A stretch of DNA of 64,000 nt, from the NCBI GenBank assembly GCA_016748015.1, contig JAAOMT010000009.1, positions 762,459-826,458 of the forward strand, given 5' to 3'. The position numbers and the translations under genes were made by a program. Shown here one piece after another: positions 60,050 through 64,000 of this stretch (the first letter of the stretch is position 1; every line of letters starts with the position of its first letter). This DNA comes from Geosiphon pyriformis uo1 (taxonomy: Eukaryota; Fungi; Glomeromycota). Under the pieces are notes generated by a model that was given only the letters and a program-made list of their open reading frames with translations, did no database searches and was not told the origin of the DNA.

Positions 60050-60530
60050 AATAGTTGATTTTTATAATATTTAAAAAAAAACTAAAATTGTTATTAAAAA
60101 ATTTTATATTTAAATCTTAATTTTTTGGTTATTAAAAAAAATATTACAAATAAAATATAAATAATTAGAAAATTATTTTTGATTTTTAATAATTTTAAAA
60201 GATTATTTTGTTTGTTATTAATAATAATATGTTTTCTAATTTATTATCACTTTAGAAATATGAACTAATATTAGGTCTAAGGCCTTTAAAATAATTGGCT
60301 AATTAGTAGACTTAATTTTTAATAGTGCTATATTGTTTAAAGTTGTTCAAAGAATGTTTTCTTTGAATAAGTTTTCTTATAAAATATCAACATAGTGTGT
60401 TTTTAATTGGTTTAAGTGGTTTGTTATATGTAAAAAAAGTGTAAATTGTATTTAGCTAGGACTTTTAGTTTTAGTTCTGTATACTAAATAGTAATTGTAC
60501 TGTATTTGTTAAACTTTAATAAAAAAAAAT
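60050..60530 (+). mobile_element. Hypermutated LINE 3' end (second subfamily); 5' limit approximate
   Basis: 60390-60530 aligns to the 3' UTR of the 37.7 kb copy (catagtgt..ggtttaagtggtttgttatatgtaaaaaa..tactaaatagtaattgtactgtatttgttaaactttaataaaaaaa). Confidence 0.7.
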
Positions 60531-61309
60531 TATTATTTTCTTAAAATTTCAAAAAACAATTAAATTTATGTTTATATTAAAAAAAACTATAGTATTAATT
60601 ATTAATAAAAATATTTTAACAAATAATAGTTTTTAAAAACAGAAAATATATTCAAATTAAGTTGTAATTACCAAAAAAAATTTCATAAATATTTTCAAAA
60701 AAACAATTATTTTAGTCCTATTTAAATTTAAAAAAGTAGTATTAATTCAATTATAATTAATTAAAATATAATAAAAAATTATAATAAAGTTTGCCAAAAT
60801 AAATTAAACTAATTTTTGATATTTAACTATTTTTTTTTTAATCAAATTTTAATTTAACTAAAATTATTGGTAGTTAAACAACTTAAAAACAAAAAACTAA
60901 ATACAAAATTATGTTGTTTATTTTGTTTATAAGTACTATTATAATTTAATATAATATATTAACAAATAATAAAAAAGAACAATATTATATAATAATAAAA
61001 TTAATTAAAAAATAATTTGATTTTTAATAAGCAAATTGGATTAGTAAGAATTCAATATATAAGATTAGTTTCATAAATATTTTAATTATAATTTTTTTAA
61101 AAAGTAATAAAAGAATTTAAAAATAAAAAAATAGTTTATATTATTAATAAAAAATAATACTAATATAATTTTATACTTTATATTAAAATTTTTAAAATTT
61201 AATATTAGATATTAATTGTATTTTTTAGTAAATATTTATTTAATATACTTTATAAAAACTAATAATTATACAAATTAAGAAAAAATAAGAAAAAAATAGT
61301 AAAAAAAAC

Positions 61310-64000
61310 AAAAAGTTAATATATCCAAATTCTCCAAAAAAATATTCTTTAAAAGAAAAAGTTTTTTGTTTTTTTTTTTTTTGTATTATTTTTTTCAATA
61401 TTTTTTAAGCAAATAACTTTTTTGGAATAAACTTAAAAGCTGTTTCAAATAGCAATATGTCTAAGAAAAAAGTGCTTAAAAGAGCATTTTACAGTCTAAT
61501 TAAAGACATTTTTTCTCAAAAAAAAAGTTTTTATAAACAATATCAAATACTTTGACAATGAAAAAAAAAATTTTGGTCAAATTTAACATTGGTAATAGTA
61601 TATACTCGAATATAGATAATAATTTTAATAATAATAGAATTAATGATATTTTAGTGAATATTAATAATAGTTTTCTTCTTGGTTTAACTGCAACTACTTT
61701 TAAAACTAAGAAAATTAATACTGGCTTAAACTGTAATTTTCTATTGATATAATTAACTATGATATAGATAAAAATAAAGGTCTTCTTTTCTCTTTTCTTA
61801 ATATTTTTTTAACAAAAAATAAGTTAATCCAAAAATTGTCAAAACTTAGATTAAAATAATCATTAAAAAATCTTTTGCTCTTAATATCAATTTCTTTGCA
61901 ATAAAAAAAATCAGCTATGACAAAGACTAAAACTATTAAGAAAAATTTTTTAACAATCAATAGTTTTGGAAGGGCTATTATTTTCTCAAAATTTAAAAAA
62001 ATTATCTAATTAATGTTTATATCTAAAAAAAGTATAAAAAAACAGTATTATTGACTGAAGATAAAAAATTTTTCATAAACACTAATATTAAAAAACAAGA
62101 ATTTTATTTAAATCAGACTATAATAATTAAAAAAATTCTCATAAACATGTTAAAAGAAATAATTATTGCAGCTCTTTTCAAGTTTGGTCAAGTAGTATTA
62201 ATCTGTTTATAATTAATTGGACTGTAACAAAAAACTGTAATAGAGTTTGTTAAATTGACTTAAACAAATTAATTAGTGGCAAAATAGTCATTTTTAATTG
62301 AAAAAGACTCTGTACATATAGCCAAAACCATAAAAAATTGTAATATTTGAATGTTAAAAAATTAATTTAGGTGTTTTTGTTTACTCTATCAGTAAAAACA
62401 ACTGCTTATAATTTTAATACTCTATTAAAAAAGACTAGTAGAAAAACTTACATTATAAATTGATTATTTAAAACTGACAACAGAATTCACTGTATTGTAA
62501 TTAGTTTTGAATCAAATAAAAAGTTAGAGTTTGTCTTTTATACAAAACCAATTTTTGGTGGTGTAAAACTCTTTTGAGTTAGGTTGGATTTGGTTTGATG
62601 TAAAAAATATGGACAGTTTAGTCATTTTGCTTTGGAGTATAGTGTATTTGGTTTTCTTAATTCTCTATTTGTGAAAGTATTTAAAAAGTTTGTTTTAAAT
62701 AAAAATTATCTTTATCTTGCCAAGTTATATGTTAAAAAAAATGTTTATATCTTTTGCTTTGTTGCTTTTAATGACAAATCTTGGGCTTAAATAGTCTTAA
62801 TAGCTTTTGTCTTCAATAATTTGCTCTTTAGTTCTGGTTTTGGTTTTTTTCTCCTTGATGCTTTGGGTTTTAATAAAATTTTTTCTTTTACTTTACCAAA
62901 TAACTCTTCTTTAAATGCTTATTTGGCTTTTCTGAAATTTTTTTTGGAGCTTTTAGTAAATCAAGTGTTTAGTATTATGCAAAAATTAAGCTTTATAGAT
63001 CTGGTACTTTTAATATCTACTTTTCAATTCCTCTTTTTTACTAGGTCTGTATCTTTGAATTCGAATTTGAATCTAAATATAGTTCTGAATGACATATTTA
63101 TATTGCTTATTATCTTTCTTTCAATTATAATTAAAAAGACTTCAGATTTGGGTTTGAACAAATCAAAAATTTTAACCACCAAATTAGATGGCTTAAAAAC
63201 AAAAATGATTGTTCTCAAAATTTTTGTCAACTTGGTTTTGACAAAGTTGGATCAATTGTGAATTGGCTTGAATTTTCTGGTGCTTTTTTTATCTCAATGA
63301 GTGATCTGGTTTAAAAATTTGCTACATGTAATATTTAAGATATCAATTTTTTGCCAAGCAAAAAAACATTATTCATTGGCATATAAAATTAGGTAATATG
63401 GTTTCAATTATTATGAAAACAAAATTAAGGTTTAGTATTAAACCATAGATTATAAGCAAGTTTAATAAAATGTAAATCTTTATGTCTGGTTTAAATAAAG
63501 CTTTCTTGATACTAAAATAATCATTATTATAAACAATTTACTGGCTTAACATGTTTTTAAAATAGAAAAAATTTCTGATCAAGTTATTTCAGTAAGACTT
63601 TTGTTCAAAGATAAATTGTCAATTATAATTTTGGGTTTATATACTGGTGCTTTTACTAAGATTAGGCTTGATTAAGCATTAAAAGTTAATTTTTTTATTG
63701 TTAAGATAATTAATTCCAGTACTTTTATAGTATTAAGTGAAAATTTCAATAAAAATAGTTCAAAAAAGAATGCAAGCTTCAAGTTTTGTGTAGATCTAGG
63801 GTTAATTAACTTATTTTATGGATATTCATTAGTTAAGACTCTTATTTGAAGCAATTTCAGAAGCATCAAAAGATTATTAACTTTATTTTTATAAACCAAA
63901 ATCTTACATTTATAGTTGTTAACCATAAAGCTAATATTATGTTTGAGTTTTTTAATATTAATTACAAAGCAGTTTTAGTTGCAGTCAGCTTGGATGGTTT
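61310..64000 (+). mobile_element. Heavily mutated LINE 5' portion (5' UTR, ORF1, start of APE domain), running off the window
   Basis: ttaaaagctgtttcaaatagcaatatgtctaagaaaaa matches LKAASGDNMSKKK. ORF 62821-63261 matches the ORF1 C-terminus. ATGA junction at 63297-63300, followed by FATCNI. Confidence 0.88.

Overview
Intron-rich, AT-rich eukaryotic DNA, almost certainly fungal. The retroelements resemble what I recall from Glomeromycotina such as Geosiphon, but that is unverified. There are three kinds of territory. (1) At least nine copies or fragments of one non-LTR retrotransposon family (ORF1 with CCHC knuckle; ORF2 with APE endonuclease, RT, RNase H and a Zn finger). They range from lightly mutated full-length copies (23.4-30.1, 31.0-37.4 kb) to nearly pure A/T ghosts that are recognisable only after reversing C>T/G>A changes. 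(2) A microsatellite-rich region (3.4-15.2 kb) with a 2-exon coiled-coil gene and mitochondrial uL11m/MRPL19. (3) A compact island of six genes in strictly alternating orientation (46.7-58.8 kb): PEX12, APC13 (absent from the ORF track), DCN1-like, RPN1, RPS4 and CDC34. Five of the six act in ubiquitin/NEDD8/proteasome pathways. The most interesting signals are a repeat-restricted, both-strand, all-context cytosine hypermutation gradient (RIP-like); several enlarged and strongly base-paired introns, especially a 297-nt RPN1 intron; a conserved multi-stem LINE 3' UTR with a possible pseudoknot; an AUGA stop-start coupling of ORF1/ORF2; and nested insertions with target-site duplications. All translations, alignments and folds were done by eye.
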